DNA of 64,000 bases, taken from Myxococcales bacterium (GTDB taxonomy: Bacteria; Myxococcota_A; Polyangia; Polyangiales; DASUME01). Positions 1-9,067 of the stretch are shown piece after piece (positions within the stretch are counted from its first letter, which is position 1; the number at the start of each line of letters is the position of its first letter). Where the stretch lies: contig JASGJH010000001.1 in assembly GCA_047601445.1 (NCBI GenBank), forward strand, positions 1,920,001-1,984,000. The letters run 5' to 3'. The notes beneath the pieces were generated by a model. The model was not told where the DNA came from. It worked only from the letters and a program-made list of their open reading frames with translations, and did not search any database. The position numbers and the translations under genes were made by a program.

Positions 1-1
1 C

Positions 2-1198
2 GGGCGACAGGTTCGCGGCGTGCACCACGCTGGCCGCGCGCGCATCGCTCGGCTGCAGGTCGAAGCCGTCGGCGAAAGAGGTGCACTCGAAGCCATTCTC
101 GCGCAGAAGCTGGGCCGGAGCGCGCAACGGGTCGGGCACGCGGGCACGCAGGGACGCGAGGTCGCGCACGGTGATCTTGCCGCCCAGGCACGGCGCCAGG
201 GCCAACAGCGCCGGCGCATCCTGACTGATGCGAACGGCGAGCTCGCCGACCACGTGGGCACTGCGCAGGCGCCCGCTGCGCACGCGTAGATCGGCCACCG
301 GCTCGTCGCCGGCAGTATCTCCCTTGGGCGTCACCTCGATGGGAGCCCCGGCGTGCCGCAGCACCTCCAGGAACGCACTGCGCGTGCGGTTCAGCCCGAC
401 CCCCTCGAGGGTCACGTCGCTGCCGGGCACGGCCAGCGCGGCGGCCAAGAGCCAACAGGCCAGCGAGAAGTCGCCCGGGATGTGCCACTCGAAGCCAGGC
501 CAGCTGCCCTGTCGCTCCCCGCGATCCAGCAACGTCAAGGCGCCCTGCGTGTGAATGCCGGCCCCGAGCGCCATCAGAGCGCGCTCGGCATGGTCGATGG
601 AGAGCATGCCCTCCGCGATGGCCGTGGTGCCCGGGACGTAGAGCCCGCTCAGCAAGAGCCCGAGCTTGGTCACGTGATCCCCGTCGGGAATTTCGATCTC
701 GGCCTCGGCCAGGTGTTCGCCGGCGATCAAGGGGGCGACCGCCACCGGAGCCCGCACGTCGCCGTCGTCGGTGGACTTGCCCGCCACGTGGGCACCGCGC
801 GCCCGCAGCGGAGCGATCAGCGTGCGCAAGGAGTGCGTGAGGGCCGCACCGGCGGCCTCCACGCGGGTGCCGAAGTGCTGGCCCGAGAGCAGCGCCGTGA
901 GCAGCTCGAGCGTGGTCGCCGAGGCTCCCGCCTGCAGCGCGCCGGCCGGCATGCGAAGCCCGCGCAATCCGCCGCCCATCACCCGCACGCCCGCATCGGT
1001 GTGGGCGACGGGCACCCCCATGGCGCGCAGCGCGTCGCACAACAGGAGGTGGTCGGGGCGGCTCGAGAGTCCGGAGATGAGGCTCGCGCCCTCCCCCAGC
1101 GCAGCCCACACCAAGGCCTGTTGCCCGAGCAAGAGATCTCCCGGCACACGCACGCGCCCACGCAGGGGCCGGCCCGGGACGATGCGCAGACGCCTCAT
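2..1198 (-). CDS. aroA: EPSP synthase (AroA)-like protein with degenerate active site; 3' end runs off the window
   Basis: Not in ORF track. Manual translation from ATG at 1198 gives MRRLRIVPGRPLRGRVRVPGDLLLGQQAL...GASATTLELL...TKLGLLLSGLY...SIDHAERAL...IPGDFSLA...VGLNRTRSAF...GDEPVADLRV, colinear with class II AroA. ATGA overlap with the upstream gene; lies downstream of hisC. Confidence 0.85.
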   Translation of the reverse strand, partial: MRRLRIVPGRPLRGRVRVPGDLLLGQQALVWAALGEGASLISGLSSRPDHLLLCDALRAMGVPVAHTDAGVRVMGGGLRGLRMPAGALQAGASATTLELLTALLSGQHFGTRVEAAGAALTHSLRTLIAPLRARGAHVAGKSTDDGDVRAPVAVAPLIAGEHLAEAEIEIPDGDHVTKLGLLLSGLYVPGTTAIAEGMLSIDHAERALMALGAGIHTQGALTLLDRGERQGSWPGFEWHIPGDFSLACWLLAAALAVPGSDVTLEGVGLNRTRSAFLEVLRHAGAPIEVTPKGDTAGDEPVADLRVRSGRLRSAHVVGELAVRISQDAPALLALAPCLGGKITVRDLASLRARVPDPLRAPAQLLRENGFECTSFADGFDLQPSDARAASVVHAANLSP

Positions 1199-2241
1199 GG
1201 TGAGCTCGTGCTCGCGCCCCGGCCGCTGGCCATCCCGAGCACCGACTGCAGCTTGCTCAGCAACCCGTAGAGGTCGGTGGCCAAGTACTTGGCGTGCACC
1301 TTCACGTGGTTGCCCTCGTTCTCGGCCTGGATGGCGCTCACGAAGGGTCGCAAGCCGAACATGCCTACGAACATGTTGTTGGTCAGGGAGTTGAGCGAAT
1401 GCTCCGCCGACTCGCGCATGGACTGGGCGCCCTCGGGGGTGGCCGCCTCGCCCACGGCGAGCAGCGCGATTTCGGGGCCCATGTCCACGGCTACGCCTGC
1501 CCGCCGCATCTCGTCGATCATGCCGCTCGGGATGCCCACGCCGAAGCGCGCGCTGTCCTCTTCGAGCCGTTGCTTGCCCTTGCCCTCGGGGTCATCCACC
1601 AGTACCGCGAGCTCGGCCGTCTCGAAGCCCAGCCGCCCGGCCAGCGCGTTGTAGAGCGGTGCGTCCTTGATGGGGGTCGCGGGCCCCTGGCTGGCGCGCG
1701 CCACCAGCCAATCGGCGCGATCGGCGGAGGCCGCCAGGATGAGCTCGGCGTTGAGCTGACACCACACGGCCTCGGGCCGTACGTAGAGCCTCAACAGCCC
1801 GCGCTGCTGGGCCACCAGCTGCTCGCGGGTGCCCAGGCCTTCGAGATAGCCCTCGCCGAAGCGCCCCTTCACCACCGCCACGAAGCTCGGCTGAGCGCTC
1901 TCCACGTTCTTGGCGCTGAGCGTGAGTTCATCGACCAAGTTGCTGTCGACCCAGAACTGGAGGCGGCGCTGCTTGGCCTGCATGCTCGCCCAGAGGTCCC
2001 AGAATGGCGTGCCCTTGAACGGCGCGATCAGCGCGTGGCCGAGCACCATGGAGTCCTCGGGCATCCAGGCCATCGCGTCCGTCGGAGGCGTGGGCGGTGG
2101 CGGCGCCACGGCCGCGGGCTTGGCCCCTCCGCAAGCCGAGAACAAGAACAGCCAGAGCGAGAGCCCGAAGCTGCCCATGCTGGCAAGGGTGGCCGCGCGA
2201 AGGAAGGAAGGCTGCGGGTTGGGCGACGACTTCGTGTTCAT
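1195..2241 (-). CDS. Hypothetical lipoprotein
   Basis: Hydrophobic stretch ending FSAC-GG, then a Pro-rich linker. Start overlaps the hisC stop and stop overlaps the aroA start. Confidence 0.75.
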   Translation of the reverse strand: MNTKSSPNPQPSFLRAATLASMGSFGLSLWLFLFSACGGAKPAAVAPPPPTPPTDAMAWMPEDSMVLGHALIAPFKGTPFWDLWASMQAKQRRLQFWVDSNLVDELTLSAKNVESAQPSFVAVVKGRFGEGYLEGLGTREQLVAQQRGLLRLYVRPEAVWCQLNAELILAASADRADWLVARASQGPATPIKDAPLYNALAGRLGFETAELAVLVDDPEGKGKQRLEEDSARFGVGIPSGMIDEMRRAGVAVDMGPEIALLAVGEAATPEGAQSMRESAEHSLNSLTNNMFVGMFGLRPFVSAIQAENEGNHVKVHAKYLATDLYGLLSKLQSVLGMASGRGASTSSP

Positions 2242-3341
2242 CAAGGCACTCCGTGCAACAGACGCTCGAGGCTCGCGAGCATGCGATCATTCTCGGCAGG
2301 AAGCCCGATGCTGATGCGCAGAAAACTGCCGATCGGGGGCCCCATCGGGCGCACGATGACCCCCTCCCGCAGCAAGGCCTCGTACATTTCGCGGCCCGAA
2401 CGTCCCATGTCCACTAACACGAAATTGGCCTGGCTGGGCGCCGGCTTGAGCCCCAATCTCGTGAGGCCCTGGCGCACACGCTCGCGCTCGCCCCGGTTGA
2501 GTTCCACGTAGCGCGCCACGTGCTCGCGATCTTCCAGTGCCGCCTGGGCCGCTGCGAGGCCGGCTGCGCTCACGTTGAAGGGCGCCCGCACGCGGTCCAG
2601 GTAGTCCACCACCTTGGCCCGGGCCAGGCCGTAGCCCACGCGCAGCGCGGCCAGGCCATAGGCCTTGGAGAAGGTGCGCAAGACGATCAGGTTCGGGTGC
2701 CGGCCGCGCAGCTCGGTGCCGCTCACGAAGTCGGGCGCATCCACGAACTCCACGTAGGCCTCGTCGAGCACCACCAGCGCGTTGGCGGGCGCGGCCTCGA
2801 GGATGCGCTCGAGCTCGCTGCGCGTGAGATAGGCGCCGGTGGGGTTGTTGGGGTTGGCGAGGAAGACGAGCCCGGTCTCGGGGCGCAGCGCCTGCACGAT
2901 GGCGTCGGCGTCGTAATGAACGTGCTCCCGCAGCGGCACTTCGCTGGTGGCGATGTTGCAGGCCAGCGTGCCGCTGCGATAGCAGACGAAGGACGGATCT
3001 GGATACACCGCGTGGCGCACCGAGCCTGCGAAGGTGCGACACACGAGATCGATGAGCTCGTTGGAGCCGTTACCGAGGATCACCTCGCTGGGCAGCACCC
3101 CATGGTGTGCCGCCAGGGCCTCGCGCAGTCGCGTGCCGTCCGGGTAACGATGGGCCTGGCCGAGCGTCCGCGCGGCGGCTTCCACGGCACGCGGCGAAGG
3201 TCCGAGCGGACTTTCGTTGCTCGCCAGCTTCACGGCATCACGGATGCCCAGCTCGCGCTCGAGCTGCTCGAGGGGCTTGCCGGGTACATAGGGAGAGAGG
3301 CGCTCGATGTTGGGCGAAACGACCAGCGGTAGCTCGCGCAT
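2241..3341 (-). CDS. hisC: Histidinol-phosphate aminotransferase
   Basis: YVPGKP, KLASNESPLGPSP, NPNNPTG, DEAY, RTFSKAYGLAALRVGY (PLP Lys). Confidence 0.95.
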   Translation of the reverse strand: MRELPLVVSPNIERLSPYVPGKPLEQLERELGIRDAVKLASNESPLGPSPRAVEAAARTLGQAHRYPDGTRLREALAAHHGVLPSEVILGNGSNELIDLVCRTFAGSVRHAVYPDPSFVCYRSGTLACNIATSEVPLREHVHYDADAIVQALRPETGLVFLANPNNPTGAYLTRSELERILEAAPANALVVLDEAYVEFVDAPDFVSGTELRGRHPNLIVLRTFSKAYGLAALRVGYGLARAKVVDYLDRVRAPFNVSAAGLAAAQAALEDREHVARYVELNRGERERVRQGLTRLGLKPAPSQANFVLVDMGRSGREMYEALLREGVIVRPMGPPIGSFLRISIGLPAENDRMLASLERLLHGVP

Positions 3342-3391
3342 CCTCGGACTCTATGGTCGACGCCAGGGGCGCGCAACGGCAGACCGAGGCG

Positions 3392-5989
3392 TCAGCTCGG
3401 GAGCAGGGTCTTGAGCCGCGCCAGGGTGGTCAGCGCCTCCATCGGGGTCATCCGATCGATGTCGAGCTCGCGCAGGGTGGCCTCCACCTCCGACTTCGGA
3501 GGCTGCGCCACGAACATCTCGAGCTGGGGCTTGTCGAGGCTCTGTCCGGCGTTGCCCAGGGGGCCCTGCCCTGATTCGAGCTGCGCGAGCACGTGTCGCG
3601 CGCGAGCCAGCACCACTTGGGGCACGCCCGCGAGTTTGGCCACGGCCACACCGTAGCTGCGGTTGGCTCCGCCCTCGATCAGCTTGTGCAGAAACACGAC
3701 CCCACCCTGGTACTCGCGCGCCGCGACATTCACGTTTCGCACGCCACTGCGTACGCCCGCGAGCTCACAGAGCTCGTGGTAGTGGGTCGCAAACATGGCG
3801 CGACAGCCGATGCCATCGTGGAGATGCTCCGCGATGGCCCAGGCGATGGCGAGGCCGTCGTAGGTGCTGGTGCCGCGCCCGATTTCGTCGAGGATCACCA
3901 GGGAACGCTTGGTGGCCCCGCGCAGGATGCTCGCCGCCTCCTGCATCTCGACCATGAACGTGCTCTGCCCCTGCGCCAGGTTGTCGCTGGCGCCCACACG
4001 CGTGTACACACGATCCACCACGCCCATGCGCGCTGCGCCCGCGGCCACGAAGCCACCCGCCTGGGCCATCAACACGGCGACCGCCACCTGGCGCATCACC
4101 GTGGACTTACCCGCCATGTTGGGGCCAGTGATCACGAGCAAGCGGCCCGCGTCGGCGTCCAGTAAGACGTCGTTGGGAACGAAGGTACCGGCAGCCGCGA
4201 GGCGCTCCACCACGGGATGGCGCAGATCGCGAAAATCGAGTTGCAATGACTCGTCGACGCTCGGTCGCACGTAGTCATAGCGGTGGGCTACCTCTGCGAA
4301 GCTGGCATGCACGTCGAGGTCGGAGAGCCCCGCCGCGAGCGAGAACAGCCGACTCACGTGCTGCGCCACACGCCTGCGCAGGGCCTCGAAGAACTCCTGT
4401 TCGAGCGCCTTGAGCTGCACGTCCGCGGTCTCGATCTTGCGCTCGAGCTCCTCGAGTTCGTCCGTCACGTAGCGTTCGCCGTTGGCGATGGTCTGCTTGC
4501 GGCGATAGTCGGCGGGCACACTGCCCAGGTTCGAGCGCGTGATCTCGATGTAGTAACCGAACACGCGCGTGTAGCGGATTTTGAGGGAGCTGATGCCGGT
4601 GCGCTTGCGCTCGCGCTCCTCCAGCGCGAGCAGCACGTCCTTGCTGGACGAGGCCAGCGTGCGCAGCTCGTCCACCCGTGCGTCCGCGCCCACGCGCAGG
4701 ATCCCACCCTGGCTCGCGCTTAATGGCAGCTCGTCGGCCAAGCTCTGCTCGAGATCCTCGAGCACCTCTTCGCACAGGTCCTGGGGCGCCAGCGCGCGCA
4801 GGGCGTCACCGAGCAACTCCCCCTCGTGATAAGCGAGCAGCGTGTGCACCTCGCGGCACTCGCGCAGCGCCCCGCGGATGGCTCCCAGGTCACGCGGGCT
4901 GGCCACGCCCTGGGCCGCCCGCGTCGCGAGCCGCTCGATGTCCCCGATGCCACCGAGCGACCGCCGCAGCGCTTCACGCACGCTCGGGTCCTTGAGCAGC
5001 GCTTCTACGACGTCATGACGGCGACGGATGGCGGGCACATCGGTCAGCGGCGCGAGCAAGCGCCGGCGCAGCGCGCGCGCGCCCATCGGCGTCAACGTGT
5101 CGTCCAGCAGACCGAGTAGCGATCCCTTGCGATCCCCGCCCAGCGTGCGCACCAGCTCCAGGTTGCGCACGGCCGCGTCGTCCAGGGCGAGCTGGTCGGA
5201 CGGACTGTAGGCGCTCAGGGCGGTGAGCTTCAGCGGCGTGCCCGGCTGGTTTTGCTGCGCATACGCCACGGCCTGCGCCGCGGCTTCGAGCACCAGACGG
5301 TCATGGACACCGCGGGCACGCTCGAGCTCCGCAGCCCCCAGAGCTTCTCCCAGGGTGCCGTGCGTGTCCACCGCGGCGCGCGGTGCGCTCTGCACCGCCC
5401 GCGGCAACAGGCGCACGAGGGATTGCTTGAGCGACTCCGCGTCACCTCGGAACAGCACCTCGCGGGGATCGAGACGCAACAGCTCGGCCAGCGCGCTCGC
5501 CGCGTCGGGCAGCACGCAGCCACGCAGCTCCGTGGTGGAGAGCTCCAACGTGACCAGACCGAAGCGCTGTTTCTCCTGCACCAACGAGGCCAGGTAGTTG
5601 TGGGCGCGCGCGTCGAGCACCTCGGGGTCGAGCACCAGGCCCGGCGTCACCACGCGCACCACCTCGCGCGGCACGATGCCCTTCACCGTGGCGGGGTCCG
5701 CCATCTGCTCGCAGATCGCCACCCGCTTGCCGAGCTCGAGCAGTCGACCGATGTAGCCCGTGGCCGCATGGTGCGGCACGCCGGCCATGGGGATGGGCTC
5801 GTCCTCGGGGCTCTTGCTACGCGAGGTCAGCGTCAGATCGAGCAGGCGCGAGGCCTCCACCGCGTCTTCGTAGAAGAACTCGTAGAAGTCTCCCATGCGG
5901 AAGAACAGCAGCGAGTCCGGGTACTGCTCCTTCGCCCGGAAGTACTGCAGCATCACGGGCGTATGTCGGCCGGACTTCACGCCTGCCAC
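3392..5989 (-). CDS. mutS: DNA mismatch repair protein MutS
   Basis: [17 protein letters not shown] Walker [28 protein letters not shown]. Confidence 0.98.
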   Translation of the reverse strand: MAGVKSGRHTPVMLQYFRAKEQYPDSLLFFRMGDFYEFFYEDAVEASRLLDLTLTSRSKSPEDEPIPMAGVPHHAATGYIGRLLELGKRVAICEQMADPATVKGIVPREVVRVVTPGLVLDPEVLDARAHNYLASLVQEKQRFGLVTLELSTTELRGCVLPDAASALAELLRLDPREVLFRGDAESLKQSLVRLLPRAVQSAPRAAVDTHGTLGEALGAAELERARGVHDRLVLEAAAQAVAYAQQNQPGTPLKLTALSAYSPSDQLALDDAAVRNLELVRTLGGDRKGSLLGLLDDTLTPMGARALRRRLLAPLTDVPAIRRRHDVVEALLKDPSVREALRRSLGGIGDIERLATRAAQGVASPRDLGAIRGALRECREVHTLLAYHEGELLGDALRALAPQDLCEEVLEDLEQSLADELPLSASQGGILRVGADARVDELRTLASSSKDVLLALEERERKRTGISSLKIRYTRVFGYYIEITRSNLGSVPADYRRKQTIANGERYVTDELEELERKIETADVQLKALEQEFFEALRRRVAQHVSRLFSLAAGLSDLDVHASFAEVAHRYDYVRPSVDESLQLDFRDLRHPVVERLAAAGTFVPNDVLLDADAGRLLVITGPNMAGKSTVMRQVAVAVLMAQAGGFVAAGAARMGVVDRVYTRVGASDNLAQGQSTFMVEMQEAASILRGATKRSLVILDEIGRGTSTYDGLAIAWAIAEHLHDGIGCRAMFATHYHELCELAGVRSGVRNVNVAAREYQGGVVFLHKLIEGGANRSYGVAVAKLAGVPQVVLARARHVLAQLESGQGPLGNAGQSLDKPQLEMFVAQPPKSEVEATLRELDIDRMTPMEALTTLARLKTLLPS

Positions 5990-6001
5990 GGCTTACTCCG
6001 A

Positions 6002-9000
6002 TCACCGATAGACTTTGAGAGAGCTCCGGAACGGTGCCAACTCCAACCGTCGCAGGCCCTGGGTCGCGCTGTCCACCAGGAAGAGTGACTGCGCGAACGG
6101 AAACCAGCGCAACGAGGTGGGACGCGCGCTCGGAAGGTCGGTGCTAGCGATGTTCACGCGCTGCACGCTGCTGCCCTGACTGACGACGACGCTCACGGCC
6201 GTGCCGGCCTCACTGGTGAGCGTGAATGAAAGCTGCGGATTTTCGAACAGCTCACCCACCTTGGCGTGCGACTGATAGCGGGGATCCCTGGCGGGGTCGT
6301 CCACGCAGCGCCCGTTTGCGTCGGCGATGGTGCGGTGCAGGTAGCCCGCCACCGTGCCCGAGACCAAGTACGGCTTGGAGATCGAGACGTTGTTGTCGGT
6401 GAGCATGGGCGGCAGATAGGCAGGGCAGTTGCCCTCGTCGACACACAGCTCGCGCACCAGGCTGCTCCCCGAACGGACCTGGATCGTGACGTACTCGGTG
6501 TAGCAACGGAGGAGGTGGTTCACCTCGGCCTCGCGGTTCTGCCTGCGCGTGGTCTCGTTGCCAATGTCCGTGTTCTGGTCGTCGAGATCGGTGAGTTCAG
6601 CCTCCGCCTCGGTGTTCGCCACGGCGTTGGGCATGGCGTCTCCGTCGGGGGTCGTCAGACCGAGCGCGCGCACCACCAGGTGATCATCGAAGGCGTCGAG
6701 GATCTTGAGCCGGATTTCGTTGCCGGTCGTGGGAACAGGGCAGGTGTCGTCGTTGGTCGTCGCGGTGGCCCCGAGGATCGCCACGACGTCATCCAGGGTC
6801 GCCTGGGCTCCGCGTCCGCACAAGGAGATGCCTGCCGGTGCGTAGATGGCCAGCTGATCCGACGGCAGCTCGCGCGTGTTCTCGTTCTTCTGCAGGATAG
6901 CGCCGCTGAAGGTGAGACCGGTGATCGGCGCGTCGACCTGCGCGTTCCAGCTCTGGTCGCGCTCCACCCAGGGGTCGGCGATCAAGCACACGGGTTGCGC
7001 GGTGTCGCGATCGGCCGGGACGTACTCGGCGCCGCACTCGGGCGGGCTGGTGAACGCCGCGACGTTGGAGACCGATGCCACTGGTTCCTGCGAGAACGTG
7101 AGGCGCGGCGCGTTGCGCTGCACGCCGAGGGAGAGCGGGCTGGTTCCCGTCTGGACCGCGGCGCCGACGAGGAGCGGGGAGGTCTCGTCCTGCTGCGTCA
7201 CCGGCGTTTCGTCGACCGGGGCGTCCGCGGGAGGTGTCTCGGGCGGCGGTGGCGGTACGCATGAAGTCTGCGCACGGCACTGCACGTCGAGATCGAGCAA
7301 ATCGAAGACGTTGACCTCACCAGCCATCGACACCACGAACAGGAACACGCCGCGCAGCTGGGTCGGCCCCGCGTCACGCGCGATCTCGAAATAACCCTGA
7401 GCCTGGTTGCGCACGGCGGTGGCCTGGGCGATCAGGGCCGCGTTGTTCGTCTTGTTGGCGCGGTCGAAGGCCTTGTTGCCCTCGGCCGCCTCGCTCTGCA
7501 TTTGGGTCACGATGGAGCGGGAGCCGTCGGGCGAGAACGACTTGGGCACCGCGGTCACGGCCGTCAGCTCGCCATCCGCGTTCTCCTGGGTCACCACGTC
7601 GATGCCATTGCCGCAGTTGTTCGGGTCGTCGGGCCGGGTGTCCACCACCTCGAGCGCCACGCCCACCGCGGACCGCGAGAGCATCTGGAAGCGATCCTGG
7701 TAGCGCTCGGGCACCGGCGCCTTGAGCGGCAGCAAGCTCGCCCCGCTGGCGCTGGTCCTGAGCTCGAACGCCATCAGACCGCCGCGCGGATCGAGGCCGT
7801 AGAGGAAGCGCTTGCTGTCGGTGCTCTCGCTGTACAGCGGATCGTGGGTGAACAACGCCTGCTGAGAGACTTCGGCCGGCAGCGTCGGCGTCAGCACGAA
7901 GTCCTTCATGGGCTCGCCCACGGCCACGCTGCCGCGCGTGGTCAGCACGCCGTCCGTGCTCAACGAGAACACGTGCAACACGGGCAGGTTCTGGTCGGCC
8001 ACGAAGAGAAACCCACTGAGCGGGTCATAACGCATGACCGTGGGAGAAGGGATCCCCTCGCCTGCCACGCGTGGCGCCAGCGGCAGCTCCGTGGTGCCCG
8101 AGGTGTAGTTGTGACCGAGCCCGCACACGGCCAGGTACGGCGCGTCATTGACGGGCAGCGCGAGCTCTTCGGGACTCGGCGCAGGCACCCGGAAGTAGTC
8201 GGGCAGGACATTGACGCCGTTCGCATCGGTGAGAAACGGGTCGATAGGAGCGTTGGGGTCGAGCGGAACGCTAGGGTCAGGGTTGGGCGCTACGCCCTCG
8301 GGAGCGAGCTTCACCCGCGCCAGCGAGCCCGCTTCGGGGAGGCTCACCCAGAGCGCCTCGTCGGGCCCGTAGAACATGTCGCGCGGCATGCTGCGCAGGA
8401 ACAACTCGACCTTGTCTGCTGCGATGGGCTCGTTATTGGGCCGCTCCGGGCCGCAGGGAACACCGAGGCGGAAGCGGCAGGTGGCCACCGCGCGCACGGC
8501 CTGATCAGACGCGCTCGCCACGTACACCCAGCGGGGTCCCAGGATCTCGTTCGCCGTGGTCGGCTCGTAGCCCGGCGACGGCTGCTCGGGAGGCACGACC
8601 ACCGTGGTGGGCTGCCCACCCACGTCCACGAAGGTGTAGCCAGGAATCTGCTGGTCGCTGTCCAGGACCCTGCCTGCCGGCAAATCCACCGCGGCCACCT
8701 CACCGCGCACGCTCTGGGTCACCAGTGCGTGAAGCGCCGGTTGCGTGGTCCCCTCCCCGCAGGCGATGCGCGCCGGATTTTCCGCGCCGTCCGGAAGATC
8801 GAGCGCGGGCAACACGAATGGCGAACCGGGGGCGGCCAAAGGCACCTGGTCCACGTTGGGAGAGCAGCAGTTGAGCGGCAACGGAGTCGAATCGACGCGA
8901 TTGATGCACACCGTTTCGACGAACTCGGGCCGATCGAAGGCGAAATTGAGGTTGGAGCCCTTGTTGGTGTTGCAGCCAACGCCGAAGGCGCTCAACACGA

Positions 9001-9067
9001 GCAGGCTCGCAGGGAAAGACCACGGTGCGCACAGCGCGGCGCGGCCCCTGCTGGGAGTATGTCCCAT
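6002..9067 (-). CDS. Large hypothetical lipoprotein, probable beta-propeller regions
   Basis: 1021 aa ORF with lipobox-like FGVGC, beta-rich segments and scattered Cys pairs; overlaps the stop of the upstream gene by 1 nt. Confidence 0.75.
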   Translation of the reverse strand: MGHTPSRGRAALCAPWSFPASLLVLSAFGVGCNTNKGSNLNFAFDRPEFVETVCINRVDSTPLPLNCCSPNVDQVPLAAPGSPFVLPALDLPDGAENPARIACGEGTTQPALHALVTQSVRGEVAAVDLPAGRVLDSDQQIPGYTFVDVGGQPTTVVVPPEQPSPGYEPTTANEILGPRWVYVASASDQAVRAVATCRFRLGVPCGPERPNNEPIAADKVELFLRSMPRDMFYGPDEALWVSLPEAGSLARVKLAPEGVAPNPDPSVPLDPNAPIDPFLTDANGVNVLPDYFRVPAPSPEELALPVNDAPYLAVCGLGHNYTSGTTELPLAPRVAGEGIPSPTVMRYDPLSGFLFVADQNLPVLHVFSLSTDGVLTTRGSVAVGEPMKDFVLTPTLPAEVSQQALFTHDPLYSESTDSKRFLYGLDPRGGLMAFELRTSASGASLLPLKAPVPERYQDRFQMLSRSAVGVALEVVDTRPDDPNNCGNGIDVVTQENADGELTAVTAVPKSFSPDGSRSIVTQMQSEAAEGNKAFDRANKTNNAALIAQATAVRNQAQGYFEIARDAGPTQLRGVFLFVVSMAGEVNVFDLLDLDVQCRAQTSCVPPPPPETPPADAPVDETPVTQQDETSPLLVGAAVQTGTSPLSLGVQRNAPRLTFSQEPVASVSNVAAFTSPPECGAEYVPADRDTAQPVCLIADPWVERDQSWNAQVDAPITGLTFSGAILQKNENTRELPSDQLAIYAPAGISLCGRGAQATLDDVVAILGATATTNDDTCPVPTTGNEIRLKILDAFDDHLVVRALGLTTPDGDAMPNAVANTEAEAELTDLDDQNTDIGNETTRRQNREAEVNHLLRCYTEYVTIQVRSGSSLVRELCVDEGNCPAYLPPMLTDNNVSISKPYLVSGTVAGYLHRTIADANGRCVDDPARDPRYQSHAKVGELFENPQLSFTLTSEAGTAVSVVVSQGSSVQRVNIASTDLPSARPTSLRWFPFAQSLFLVDSATQGLRRLELAPFRSSLKVYR

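Noticed and set aside
353..1270. Plus-strand ORFs over the first 1.3 kb
   Set aside because: Antisense shadows of the minus-strand aroA-like gene, which the track omits because its stop is outside the window.
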